Source: Octopus vulgaris
Lineage: Eukaryota
Length of the DNA: 64,000 nt
Assembly: GCA_951406725.2 (NCBI GenBank)
Contig: OX597822.1
Span: 8,432,001 to 8,496,000, forward strand
Direction: 5' to 3'
How positions within the stretch are numbered: the stretch's first letter is position 1; every line of letters begins with the position of its first letter. This document shows positions 39,611 through 54,283 of the stretch, one piece after another. The position numbers and the translations under genes were made by a program. The notes below the pieces were generated by a model that did not search any database, was not told the origin of the DNA, and worked only from the letters and a program-made list of their open reading frames with translations.

Positions 39611-40404
39611 GTAAGTAAATATACATTAATCATTTTGTTTGCAAATGTTTAATTACCGTTGCCACATAGACGACAACACGATATCGAGAATGAAAGAAAT
39701 ACTTATTAAATTTACGCAGTTACTTTCAAGCAAGAATTATGTTTCTGAGCTATCTTAATATGAATGAGAAATATTCCAGTTTCTTTTCGAGAAAAATGGC
39801 ATAGGTATTTTATGTTCCATTTAAGGAAAAACAATATTTGCACTGTTGACTATTTTTTCTTGCAGCATATGGGGCTATTTCGGATATAATTCAAGTGCAA
39901 ATCGTGACTCAGCATTACTTTAACAATTGGTGAGGAAATTATCTCCGGCTTGAGAACAATGACTCTAGTGCCACATATTACAGTGACTGCAAACTATTGT
40001 TGAAGGTGTCAACAAAAATCACAAGATTTTCCCCTGGAATCTGAGGTCTCTTTAGCTTCATATGTTTTGAATATGCTCCGGATCATTTTATTCTTATGCA
40101 CCTTATGCTATTCATATTACAATGACAGAGTGGTATGTAATATATATCATATATATATCACAAAATCATATATTACAACATTTTATTATCTTCTTTATTA
40201 GAATTCCATATTAGACAAGTATTATGTATTATTTCAGAAGTAAATGCACTGAAATAGTTATTTCCAATCAAGAGAAAACAATTTATCTCAAGTTTACGAT
40301 GTGATGTGATTATGTTCGGGCTTTCCCCACCACTAATTCAGTTTCAAGATATATGATGCGCCCGTTTATAACAGACTTTACGTTATACAGTATAAATCAA
40401 TTAT

Positions 40405-40613
40405 TTATCGCCAAGCTGATATGGCAGTCCAGAAATATATGACGAATGCTGCAGTTGATTAGCTCCAAGAGGCCACCGCCTCTAGCTAGCTATGTTCAGG
40501 TTCAGGTTCAGGTTCGTGTGTCACATTGCTAGCTAGAGGCGATGGCCTCTTGGAGCTAATCAACGGCAGCATTCGTCCTATATTTCTGGACTGCCATATT
40601 AGCTTGGCGATAA
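40405..40613. repeat. Foldback palindrome / MITE-like element, ~90-bp arms, loop containing (TTCAGG)n
   Basis: Arms 40405-40495 and 40523-40613 are reverse complements with about 5 mismatches. Confidence 0.9.
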
Positions 40614-41230
40614 CTATTAATATCCAGTACCGCTGACAGTAGTCCCCTTTAGAGAGGCTTAGAATTTTTATATTTCTACAATTATTTATCAACATCTCTT
40701 AAAGCACCCAAGACGCGAGTGTATTCTTTGGAATGGCTGCCTGCTTAAATTTCCTATGCAACTGTAAAATAATATAAAAGGCGGGATTATTCAGCCTACA
40801 CATGGAAGATTTATTGAATAAGCGAAGTCCATACCGTGGAACTAACACCAGAAACGCTATTGGATAGTAATAAATATCAAGTAAACGCTTTCGATACTTA
40901 GAATGATCAGATGCCGCATCAAAGTTTCAACTGAAATAAACAATCGGCAGATTTAGAGTGAAATCAAGCTTTACTGGGTTTACAGCAATGCAACCGATGT
41001 CGCCAAATATGAGGTATTGTAGGCGTGGATCAAATATATAAAATGAGTTGCAAGTCTAATATTTGATGAAATATTAGTCTTGGTCTAGAGGGCTTTAAAA
41101 TTAATTTGATGAAGAAAAGATTGCTGTCAATTTAAATATGTTCCTGTAGTTCTGACAATATCTCTTAATATAATTGATTAGAATCGCTGGCTCGCAGCAG
41201 GGTAATTAAGAATTGTAATATATAGATATA

Positions 41231-41288
<58 letters not shown>

Positions 41289-41385
41289 TTATAATTAACA
41301 TATAGTATTTCCACTTTACTTATATTCTTAATATTCGTGTTATTAATTTTTCAATGAACCTTTTCATATTATTTTAACTTATGTT

Positions 41386-41595
41386 AAGGCAGCGAGTAAG
41401 CAGGATCGTCAGCACGCCGGGTGGGTTTCTTGAGCGGCATTTCGTTCATCTTTACGTTCTGAGTTCAAATTCCGCTGGAGCCTTTCATATTTTGGGGTGT
41501 ATAAAGTAAGTACGAGTCGACCATTGAGGTTGATGTAATCGTCTAGCCCCATCCCCTCAAATTTCAAGCTTTGTGCCTGTAACTAGTAAGGATTG
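41386..41595 (+). mobile_element. SINE family B, diverged copy
   Basis: AGGCAGCGAGTAAGCAGGATCGTCAGCACGCCGGG..TACGTTCTGAGTTCAAATTCCGC..GCCTTTCAT. Confidence 0.8.
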
Positions 41596-42809
41596 CTTTA
41601 AATTATGTTACTTGAAGCTAATCCCAATTGTGTGTTTACCACGTAATAATACATATGTTTCTTGCTCATTGGTTTATTCAATGAATAATTAAATTTATTG
41701 ATACATACCCACACACTCTCACACACACACACACACATCTTCTGTTCATTGGAAGCCGTATTATAAGGGCAGTGTGAGAGAGAGGAGCAGAGTGAGTGGA
41801 AGAGTGAATGAGTAAATGCCTGTGCTTAAGGGAGAGTATTGTAAGGTCTTTTCTCCTTTGTTTTCTTTAAGAAATTCTTACTGGGTAGTTAAAAACAGAG
41901 AGAGGAAAGAGCATACTTGTGTTTTTATATTTTTGCATGATTCATTATTACAGATATATTTATACGCATTTGTTCATATATTATATATACAAATGTATGT
42001 AGCATGTTCTTCGATTGTATCCGTCATTCAACCTTCCAAACGTTATGCAATTTAATGCAATGAAACCTTAAAATTATTTCGTATTCTTCTACCCTTATCT
42101 AATACTTATTACAATCAACGAGCCTGTAAACTTAGATCTGGAATTTTCCTATATAAGGTTTCTCATTTGACAGACACGGATAATTAACGCATCACACGCC
42201 ATTGCAGTTTTCCTGTGTATATCATTAGATTTGAACATGCTACATCACAAATTATCGTCTTTTAATTAAATATGGATCTTTTGTATTATGTAGCGACAAA
42301 TTTCTCGTTTCAGGAGGACTCATCGCACTTGTTATACTGTTGAATGTTATAAATTAGATGTTCGGAAATTGTTAAAGGAATTATCATCAAATGGCAATGC
42401 ATTAAAACGTGAATAAAATATGGTTAAACAAGTGTCTGGGGAAAATAGAATTTAAAATATAATTTTAGAAAACAAAAACGCTAACTCAATATCTCTTCGT
42501 AGGTTTAATGGGAAGACAAATTTGGTTGTGTTTCGATTAGAAATGCTTCTTTTTTATCATATATGCTATTTATAGATGGATAGCTCATCGTTATGTACAA
42601 ATAATAACCAGCAAGAATATTAAGCTATTATGACGATGCGAAGTTACGACATATACTTACAGAATTTATAATATGAATCGCAATGTCTTGTAGTATTATG
42701 TGTGGAAGCATACTTAAATATTAAGAATATTAGTTAACCTATATAAAAAGCCAGAACGCACCAATTTTACGGAGGCAATAAAAATGTCTTATATAGAAAC
42801 AATGTTATA

Positions 42810-42930
42810 GTTTTGTGGAGAGGTGTAAGGCAATTAAATTGATCTCAGTACTAAACTGGTACTATATTTTCACGATCTCCGAGGACAGAAGGTAATGTTA
42901 GCCGAGGAGAAAATTCGAACGCAGAACGTA
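42810..42930 (-). mobile_element. Degraded SINE family B fragment
   Basis: CAGTACTAAACTGGTACTATATTTT..AAATTCGAACGCAGAACGTA matches the reverse complement of family B. Confidence 0.5.
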
Positions 42931-43779
42931 TGATAGGATATCTAAACACATAAACAAAATGTGTCGAGCGCTCTGAGAATTCTAAAGATAAAGGCTGCAC
43001 TAAGTACAATCCCGTTAGATGAACCTGTATCAGTTCGATAACCTTGGAAGAACAAGCAAATATGGGAACGCAGCCCCTTTCTTGGCATTTAGGCTTCTAG
43101 AAATAATATTCAAATTTCCCTGAAATACTTTCCTTTCTTCTTAAATATGGATGAATACACCAGACAAATATTCCATAGCCATGTCCATAAAACGTGATTT
43201 AAATTACATTAATCATATATATGATATATGATTGATCAAAAGTAGGATGAATGAGCGACTAGAACAGCAATAGAAGCAGCAGCAGCCACACATTAAGTCA
43301 ACTCCTGTTACATTTAGACATATTGACTGCCTAAGTGGACAGCTTCCTAGGAAATTTAATAGTTAAACATTCATATTAATTATGTTGAGTCTAGCAGTCA
43401 AGGCCATGCACTTTGGAGGAGATTATGGCCGACTACATTAAATCCCAAATCATAAAATACTCCAATCTACCGAAAGCAATGTCGTCAGGGGAAACAAAAA
43501 TGAACTCATAAAATTAAGTAATCATTTTATAGTGACCAATACTCCAGCGAAGTTGAAAAGTACATTTCAATACAACACCTTCCAGCTATAATTGTTTACA
43601 AAATATGTTATAAAAGAATGAAAAATATTCGTTATCAGGTCGAGAATATAAAAGGTGCCGTTCTTAGTAATTGATATCGTGTAAAATGTTTTGGAGTTAA
43701 TATATATGGAGAGGAAGCGAACAGTATTTGAGGAGAAATGCAATTTTAGTCATTTTATTTGAATGGACTTCTATTTCAG

Positions 43780-43992
43780 AAAATAACAATGACAGGTCGT
43801 ATGCTTACTTACGAAAAGAAAAGGCATGCTGTGATTGTGGCTTTGAAGGCTAAAGATGGGGAATTAGAAATTTCCCATTTTCTGAAAGTTGCAAGATCTT
43901 TTATCCACAAGATTCGGTGTGAGATAGAGAAAGAAGATGGAAGCCTGTTAACTGTACCAAAACGTAAAAAACATGGCAAACGCTCTGGGTAA
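43780..43992 (+). mobile_element. Tc1/mariner-superfamily transposase N-terminal (HTH) fragment
   Basis: ORF 43759-43992: KRHAVIVALKA..LEISHFLKVARSFIHKIR..KRKKHGKRS has the HTH plus basic linker layout of Tc1-like transposases. Confidence 0.6.
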
Positions 43993-44134
43993 ATTTCTGT
44001 TTTACCGCTACTCATAACTAGTATTCAATTGTGATACTGCCCTGCAATAATAAGCACTTGGATATAATAACGGGTGTATACACCCAGTAGTATATTGTAT
44101 ATTTATTATCTCTTAGATAGTTGCTTGATCTCTA

Positions 44135-44256
<122 letters not shown>

Positions 44257-44382
44257 ATGAGAGGTATTGTCACCTAGAAGACACAAAGTGTGTCAGGTAA
44301 CGCTATGGACAGACCATAGTTAAACTCTTTGTTCGATAATGACACGAGTAAAGAGTATAATGTTGGTCTTGCATTAGCATGC

Positions 44383-44540
<158 letters not shown>

Positions 44541-45442
44541 AAGACCTTTTCAGGATATTTATAAAGAAATAGTTTTATACCTGTTTCTGGGATATTATGG
44601 ATATCCTTTCATCAAAGGCGAAGTGAGAATGTTAAATAGAGGAACTATTTGAGTTCTAATTATTATGGAAAAGGGGCTGGTAGGGATTATAGAGGGAAAT
44701 ATGAGAATGAAAGTAGAAATAAGATACATAAATATATTATAGTTGCAGTTCCTTATTTGTGGAAAATGGGGTATAGAAGTGGTAAAATTGTTTCCTGTAA
44801 GGAACGTACATGGTATGTAAGTTCGAATAGCAGTTCATGCTTAGCCATTTCAAAGTATGGAGCCATTGAATCTGTGTTGCTTGATCGAAAGGGGTTTTGT
44901 GGTGTGAATTCACACCACAAATCTCTCAACACTACGAAACTCAAACTTCAAAAATAACTATATGTATACATAAAATAATTATTTTTCGTTGTGATTGCTT
45001 GTATGAGTGTGTATATCTCTGTATGTTTGTGTATGCGACTCTGTATGTCTTTCAACGTATAAGCAACGCAACACAGACTTATAAAAGGAAGACTTTCACT
45101 ATAATGACAAGATGTTTTTGTTCAGAGAGAAGCAGAAGAAAATGTTGTTGAAAGAGAGAAATACAGCGAGTGAGAGAGAGAGAGAGAGAGAGAGATAAAG
45201 GGAAGGAGTGTGGGGGAGATAGAATTAAAATGTGTTTCAAGATAAAAAAAGATTGTTGTTTTTCATATCAATATTATGATTGTAGTATACTTCTGTTGAA
45301 GGATCTATTTCATGTTGATTATGCCGTTGTCTGGCGACATAGCGGCGAATCACGACGAGTCATTTTGAAACACATACCAGCTGTTTTTAGTCAAACAATT
45401 CTACGTACATCTTCACAGAAACACTAATGAAATATTTATGTT

Positions 45443-46253
45443 ATTATTTATTTTATTTTATTTTATCTAGTTTCAGCTCACGAGCTGTGGCCATGCTGGG
45501 GCACCACCATTTCGTGTTGCTACATGATTTTACTTCACGAATGCTTTTTAGCAATTGCCATTTGGTGCATGAGAGAGTTCGATACAGCTGCCCTCATCTG
45601 CACCTCATCTGCCGTGAAGTTGGTTCCTCTGAAACACCAGACAGGAAGAGATCCAGTTTTATTTTAAAGACATCTGCATCCACCCCATGCAGGTCTCTCA
45701 GGTTCTTCGGGAGGATATTGAAGAGCTGTGGGCCTCTGAAGCCCAGGCTCTCACAGTATCTTGTCCTACATCTTGATGGCAAATTTGGAGTCCTTGGCAC
45801 TATGCAGTGACGCCCAGTTCTAGTATTTGTGTAACTGTCGATGCCAAAGTTTGAGAAGAGTCCTTCTAGGATCTTCCAGATGTATATTATGGCATATCTT
45901 TCTCGTCTACGCTCTAAGGAATAGAGTCTTAATTTCTTGAGTCTTTCCCAGTAGCTTATATGCTGCACAGAGGCTATCTTCTTTGTGTAGCTTCGTTGTA
46001 TCGCCTCAAGTTCTGTGTTTAACTTGACAATGGATGGTGACTATAGCTGAGAGCAATAGTCAAAGTGGCTTAAGAAAAGTGTCCTCCAGAGAACCATCAT
46101 GGTTTCCTGGTATCTTGTTCTAAAGGTTCTAATAATCCATCCGGTCAGCGGCCTACATTTCATTGCTAATTTAGCAACATGCACATGAAAGGTTGCATCA
46201 TTACTCATGTATATACCCAGGTCTCGCACAGATTGTGCCTCTGGGATCGCAAT
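45443..46253 (-). mobile_element. 5'-truncated CR1-group LINE (RT C-terminus, 3' UTR, (ATAAA)n tail)
   Basis: ORFs RDLGIYMSNDATFHVHV..WIIRTF..SHFDYCSQL and SYWERLKKLRLYSLERRRERY..FKIKLDLFL are classic CR1-group C-terminal motifs. Confidence 0.88.
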
Positions 46254-47647
46254 TGTGTTTACTACTGACTTATGGGACCATGGTTTACATCTTCACATTT
46301 TCTCATTCTATAGTTAAGAAAATACCACTAGTAAAGCAATGGATTTCCTCAATTAATATTCGATATATGTAAATTTCATTTTGTTTGTATGTATTCTAAT
46401 GAATTTGGTACATACACTGTATAACATAATCAAAGTTAATCTGTAAAACAGAGACGATACAGCAGAGCAAGTTAATGTATTTATCCAATTATAGATATAG
46501 GTGCGCCATCGTCGCGACGCAGTTGTATATGTATATTTATATATGTGTGCATATATATATATTACACACACACACATGTATATATATATTCATACATATA
46601 TACATATGTCTAATGAGCGAGTGCATACTATATATATATATATATACATACACACAGACACACACATATATATATATATATACATATACATACATATATA
46701 TATATATATATATATTGAAAGATTACTCAGTACTTATTGATAGTAAGCCATCTTATTTATATTTGCTATTAGTAAGTTGACGGTTAGCATACAGCGTGAT
46801 ATGTTTATTTCCTAATTGCGTAAATATGACTAAGGTTGCGAAGAAGTAGTGCCAGTTTGTATCTGCACATAATGCTCTGCTTTGTGTAGCTAGTGTGTGT
46901 ATTTTGCAAATGCGTATCACAATTAAGAATTTTTGTTTATTATTAAAGAACTTAACTCGGTTGAATAGAATATGACAGCTCCCATCTGTACATAAATTAC
47001 AGACTTTTATTTGACGAAGAATGCTAGCACTTATGTAATAATACTCCATTGTACTTAATTTTAAGTATCGTATTAGTGACGTTGGCAGTGTATCTGAGAC
47101 GTGAATTAATGTTTTTCGTATATGAAATCCACAATATTATTTTTTCGTTCTTAGAACATTTTGAGCCTGTATAAACACTTGGATGATATCTACATGTCAT
47201 TACAACCCATAATTTTTAGAAACAATGTTTTCAAAACTCAAATCACGTCGACGCATTGAAAGCATTTATGTGAACTGTATAAAATTGGCTAGAACGTTGT
47301 TGCTTGTTAATCTGAACCATTCAGTTATCCTATCGATGGAGTTACGACGATGTTCTAGACAAATATGGCTTTATGTTTTAATCAAATTACTCACAAATGC
47401 AATGAAACGTCTCATTCGGAAGTGGATTTGATACCATAACCATACAATTGTAACTATGTTAGAAGTTATATTGAAGTAACAATGTAAACCACCCGAAATG
47501 CTCTTCTTAACACCGTTGACAAATGCGAACACATAATAGACTATCTCTCATACACACAATTGAATATATTTCATATGACGCATATAAATATGTATGTGTG
47601 AAGAGTTTTACCACACACATACTCACATACACACACATACACACACG

Positions 47648-47712
<65 letters not shown>

Positions 47713-47807
47713 CGATAGATACATGGGCAGACAGATAAGAGAGAGAGAGAGAGAGAAGGATAGAAAGATATTTATATATATGCATTTATGTAAGTGTATT
47801 ATAAAGA

Positions 47808-47884
<77 letters not shown>

Positions 47885-48029
47885 GAATATGTGTATTACA
47901 TACAAATTATAAATACAATGTGTATATATTTAAGTATATTAACGCATATTCATGCATATATATGTATATATGTGTATGTGTGTGGTGTGTATGCATTTGT
48001 GTGTGTTAATGTGTATATATATATATGTA

Positions 48030-48070
<41 letters not shown>

Positions 48071-50318
48071 GCAGAATTATATGCAGACCACAAATTCAAT
48101 CTAAAGAAATTAAACATCTAATGTTCAATTAATGGAATTCTACTTGAACTTTTTCAGGTATGTTATATTTCTAATATTTCTAATGGAATGAAATTAATGC
48201 CGAGAAACAAATACTGAATGAAGAACCTGCAAATATAGAGATGTTCCATACACAAACTACCCTGTTGTTTGACACCATTATAAATTCCATAAATTCCAAT
48301 AGCAATGTATATTATTTCAGAACTACATTTTATTCATGCGGAGTTTTTAATGCATTCACGTTATGATATTTACTGCTTTCCTGAAATTACAATTTTATTT
48401 ACTTGTCATATATGATATACATTTTTGTTTATATATTTATTCTGTAAAAATGTATCTTATTAAAAGCATACTGTAAGAGCTATCTATGAAGAGCATGGTG
48501 TGATGTGATCGCGAGGAATAAGTGATTTGTTACTGAAATTAGACACACACATACACGTATATACATACATATACATACAAGCATAAATGCACGCACAAAT
48601 TCCCGCTCGCATGTATGTATGTTTTTGTAGAAATGTATATGTAGTAACCTGTATGTATTGTGTGTGTGCGTGTGTGCCTGTGTCCTTATGTGTGAGTGTG
48701 TGTGTTTATGTGTGTGTGTGTGTATGTTATAGCACGCATCGAAAAAAAAACTGTTTAAAACACTCAGCATTTCGATCCATCTTCTCTCATTACAGAAAAA
48801 TAAAGATGTTTTAAATATTATCGTAGTGTATCTAATTCCAGTTCCTGCAGTTTATCGATCCTATTCTGGCCATAACCTGACCATGTTACCTGTTAGGAAA
48901 TAAATTGTCTGGTTCTTTCGGCACAGAGAGAAACATACGATACTTTTTTTGTATCTTACAAGAACACCCACAGTCAAAATTATATATGAATCAACTCTCA
49001 TTTATGAATATCTACCGCTATCAGTAAAGCTGTACAGTCTCTAATATTTGAACTGAATTGATAATTAGAAAGATATACTCTAACTCCAACACATGGCTTT
49101 GTAAATGTTTCAAATCGGGAACTGATAGGAAATTACTCGTGGAAACTCTCATTCTCTAAACACAATGTTTTTTTTATCGTACAAACGTGCATGATATTAA
49201 ACTTTGTATGCTCGTGTTTGAAAAGCTTTAAATACAGAGATATCCTCGGGGAAATTTAGTTGATTCCACGTTCCAAGAAATTGGTTATGTTTGATTATGT
49301 TATAACTAGAAAGAAATATAAAGCGATGTGAAATTTTTCATGCTTCTTATTTCCTTTCCAAACTTTCATACGTCTAAAATTAATTTTCAGTACTTACACT
49401 GGAGCACCTTCGCAAATTCAATGGAAAGCCCTGTCAGGTAAATATCGAAGTAGCAAATTTTGAGCATTATAACTAAATGGTTAATCTTTTAAATAACGTT
49501 TTACTATATTTAGGAAGAAATACACTTTATTACGAATCCGAAAAGCAAGGAAGGATGTGTTTATTCAAAGTATATACAAATTTAATTATTCTTGCAAATA
49601 AATTTGCATAATTACCGTTATAGAAATGAAAATTTATGGACTCAAAGAAAGTTTTGAAGGAAATAAGAAGCATGAAAAATTAAAAGTATATTGAATGTCT
49701 CAAAGATTATATTAAAAAAATTACATCTATGAAAAGGAGAATCGGAAATTATTTTACTTACAGTTGAGTTTAGGGATCACGTACAATTTCTTTTACCTGC
49801 ATTGGGGTAAGGAAAAACGTATATGCTTATTAAATTAAATTAGTTTCATAAACTATTTCATTAAGAACCGAAATATACATAATTGCTTCAAGAATTTCTT
49901 AATTGCATTGAAGTACGTGCTTTGATGAAACATAAATATGGAAGGCACTAAGAATAACAGGTATTCTAGTAGCGATGCTCATGTTACGATGGCGAATTTT
50001 CTGATTAATATTTATACTCAATCTGCGGGGAAAAGAATGCAGTATTTCATTATTGGGAATGTGATATGTTGCTAGAGGTGTGCAATGTGAAATATGATAA
50101 ATATATTTGCAATAATTATCGAAGTGTTTATCCTTTCGGTGAAGAGGGGAAATGTTGAGCAGAATTATTCTTGACAAGCTTGTTCACCCTATCGGGATAC
50201 GCCTTTTTGAGTTTCAATTAGATATTTGTGTTGAAAGAGGAAACAATAATATGCGTTCTTAGAAGTTCAAATAAAAGAAAATGCAAGGAACAAAGACATT
50301 AATTTACTAACCTCTACA

Positions 50319-50710
50319 TGGGTGGATGGAAGCACTCCGTCGGTTACGACGACGAGGGTTCCGGTTGATCCGAATCAACGGAACAGCCTGCTCGTGAAAT
50401 TAACATGTAAGTGGCTGAGCACTCCACAGACACGTGTACCCTTAACGTAGTTCTCGGGGATATTCAGCGTGATACAGAGAGTGACAAAGCCGGCCCTTTG
50501 AAATACAGGTACAACAGAAATAGGAAGTAAGAGTGAGAGAAAGTTGTGGTGAAAGAGTACAGCAGGGATCACCACCATCCCTGCCGGAGCCTCGTGGAGC
50601 TTTAGGTGTTTTCGCTCAATAAACACTCACAACGCCTGGTCTGGGAATCGAAACCGCGATCCTATGACCGCGAGCCCGCTGCCCTAACCACTGGGCCATT
50701 GCGCCTCCAC
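50319..50710 (-). mobile_element. tRNA-derived SINE family C, long form, with TSD
   Basis: tRNA-like head GTGGAGGCGCAATGGCCCAGTGGTTAGGGC..GGTTTCGATTCCC. ACTAACCTCTACA is duplicated at 50306-50318 and 50709-50721. Confidence 0.92.
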
Positions 50711-52489
50711 TAACCTCTACAATTGAATCATACACTACACTAAAATCCGACGCAAGAAAAAGGTATTTGATAGAGAGTAATAACGATTTCGTATGTTTAA
50801 TTTGTATCGGAGCTTGTTTTTCTGCGACTTACTTTTAACTTTACAAATACTACAAGAAACAATGTCAGCCACCCGAGATCTGTTGAACATGTACCAGATA
50901 TTCACTTTCGATCATTGAGAAATTTATAAGTAGTTTCGGTCATGGTTCGGTTTTGTCTTTTACTGAGAGGAGACATCCATGTATTTGTAAGATAAAAGGT
51001 GCGAATCGTCAAATTGGAAGAAACTCATCTTGCACACGTTACATGCAAGGGTGACAATTAGTTATTTGCCGGATTCTAACATTGGAAGTCTATGCAAATA
51101 TGCATATGTACCTGTAACCATGTGTATATGTGAACATGCTTATGTGTTAAACTTTAATGCTTTGAAATACGTTTTGAAATAAGGAAGGGAATTAGCTTTG
51201 AAATAAGGAAATTGCGCAGACATGGCTCAGCTGATAACAAAAGATTATATTATATCTTAGTTACGTTATTCTGAATTAAATTTAACTCCTTCATTCTTGT
51301 AAAGTTGAAGGTGCTTGTGGATTTATAGCTTGTAATGATCGTTTACTCTGCTATTTTTATGTTTTCTTCATACGTAACCTAATTAGCACTATACATCTTA
51401 CAATATATAGTACTCTCCGTTAAGTTTCCGACTCCGAGGTCATCTCCAACGTCACACACTACAGGATGGATAAAACAAAATTCCATTCAATAGGTGCAAT
51501 CGAAATGACGGAAATAAGATGAATATATATATTCATCTCTCTCTGTCATCTACAAGCAGTAATATTACACTTATGAACATGAGATAATATTATAAATATT
51601 CAGAGTGCTCTGTATCGCTTATAATTTTCGAATCACTTTCAGCGACAGTCAGTATTGTTACGTTTGAGAAGCATAAAAATGGAAAATGATATTCAGGTTT
51701 AGAGTCCTTCGATTGTTAGATAAGTCTCCGCTGTATCCTTATTGTGTTGTGCATTGTCATTCACATAAAGTAACGAACCAAAACTGATTTTGTTTCTATA
51801 TTTACTATTTTCCTATGCACCATTCCAGTTAGTCAGATATTTCTTGTAATCAAAGTTAAATATATATTAATGCGATCACTAACAGTGCACGGTGTAAGTC
51901 TAAACGTCTCTCTAAATATTGATATCCTCAAAAATAGCAAGACAAATATTATAAATATGTAACGGGTTAATGAAGCTTCTGTCATCAGCGGTGGAAAGTG
52001 TTCATGTAATGATGGATATCCTTCAAATACGCTTCCTTTAAAATGGAGTAAATGTATTTCCTTTCAGTACAATACGTCCACATATTACGTGCTAATGTAT
52101 ATACATTCAATAAGGAAATAGAAATTCCTTGAAAGAATTTCGGATCTATCATAAACAAAACGTTTCATATACACAACAAGCACATGCATATAAGTATGTA
52201 TGTATGTAAGTATATATATAAATATATATATATATATGCACACACATATATGTGTATACATACATACATATATATATGTATATATATATATATATATATA
52301 CGCATATATGTGTGTGCGCTATGTATTATTTATTTATATATATATATGTATATTGTATACATTATATCTATATTGTATGTTATATATGCATATAGTTATA
52401 TATTAATATATATATATATATATATTTATATTCATATATATATATATATATATTCATATATATATATATATATATATATATGCATATAG

Positions 52490-52557
<68 letters not shown>

Positions 52558-53266
52558 AGTAGACGTTTCTTCGTCGTTTAGTACGCTAACTTAATAGACG
52601 TGGCGCTGAAGTAGCATTACTTGTTCACATTGTCGTTCTTAGACACACAGAGAAAAAGAGAGAACATCTGCGTCTTCCTATTCTTAAAATGAATTGAATA
52701 GCATTAGCATTAGTAGTTTCTTCGTAGCTTCACTTATTTCATGCTGTCTTTCATTTCACTATTTCGTATTCCTCTTTTCTTCAGCATTGTCTACCCAGGC
52801 TGAATGAAACTGAGGAAGTACTTTTAGTAACTCTCACTTGAAATCAGTAGCTTGGTCGTATATGCATTACGTTCATTCGTCGAATTTATATTATTTACTA
52901 ATGGCATCCGTAACTGCTTTGGTAAGCTATTGTTTGTTTGCCTTTCAGCGGCCGATATAATAATTTATCGTCAATTAGCATTTGTTGGGCATTTTCGTAT
53001 AAATCGTTATAATCATATCATCTCGATTTTGTTCCGAATGTGTGTCTTACTTCGTTATAGTATTATAGATATCATAACTGGTATCAAATCCATCAATATA
53101 TATACACACACGCATACATGCCTGAATGGATACAACCATACAAACATATACTTACACACACTCACACACACAAACCACACACATACGCACACAACTACAC
53201 ACACAAACACATACACACATATACATATATATATTTATATATATATATATATATACATACGTATAT

Positions 53267-53315
<49 letters not shown>

Positions 53316-53458
53316 GCAATAAAGATTCAAGTTAATTTAAATGAATTTACTTGAATATGGTACCTAACTTAGATGCACCAAAAAAAACTATACTGATTTA
53401 ACAATACAGTAATGTGGGGTGATTATAAGCGAGAATGAAGCAACAAGAATGGATAGGT

Positions 53459-53549
53459 TTTTAGTACAATCGTTTCATACAAGGACAGGTTTTATTAAAA
53501 GTTGCAAAAATTACAGCATATAAACTTGTCCCGTACTCATCAGCTAAAA
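53459..53549 (-). ncRNA. Minimal type I hammerhead ribozyme (mirror copy)
   Basis: Exact reverse complement of 54165-54255. Confidence 0.75.
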
Positions 53550-54164
53550 TACATGTGAGTTCTCTAGACATCCTAGTGGTTGAGGCTATACTCATGAAGT
53601 AATGTAGATAATTAAGTAACATAAACAGATTTCAAAAGTTCATTAAAGTTCTTTAAAGATGATGTACAGTCTTATCACAGAATTTAAAAAAAAGTCTTAA
53701 TAGCATCACAGAGAAGGTGACCCAATCCATAGTGCACATATGAATTTCCAGAGATATGATGAGGGATTACATACTCACAGAAGGCAAATTTGAATATGAA
53801 ATTCCTTGGAAATTTACACCTACACCATTGGAAATTGTGCATCTATACAAAGGATTAATTCACCCTCTCTGTAATGCTAATAAGCAGGAATTGAAACCCA
53901 CCTCGTTGTAATTAACAATGGATAAATTTGCCTTCTGTGAGTATGTAATCCCTCATCATATCTCTGGAAATTCATATGTGCACTATGGATTGGGTCACCT
54001 TCTCTGTGATGCTATTAAGACTTTTTTAAAATTCTGTGATAAGACTGTACATCATCTTTAAAGAACTTTAATGAACTTTTGAAATCTGTTTATGTTACTT
54101 AATTATCTACATTACTTCATGAGTATAGCCTCAACCACTAGGATGTCTAGAGAACTCACATGTA

Positions 54165-54255
54165 TTTTAGCTGATGAGTACGGGACAAGTTTATATGCTG
54201 TAATTTTTGCAACTTTTAATAAAACCTGTCCTTGTATGAAACGATTGTACTAAAA
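54165..54255 (+). ncRNA. Minimal type I hammerhead ribozyme
   Basis: Stem I TTTTAG/CTAAAA (6 bp); CTGATGA 54171-54177; stem II GTACGGGACA/TGTCCTTGTAT; GAAA 54238-54241; stem III CGATTG; GTA cleavage triplet ending at 54249. Confidence 0.78.
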
Positions 54256-54283
54256 ACCTATCCATTCTTGTTGCTTCATTCTC

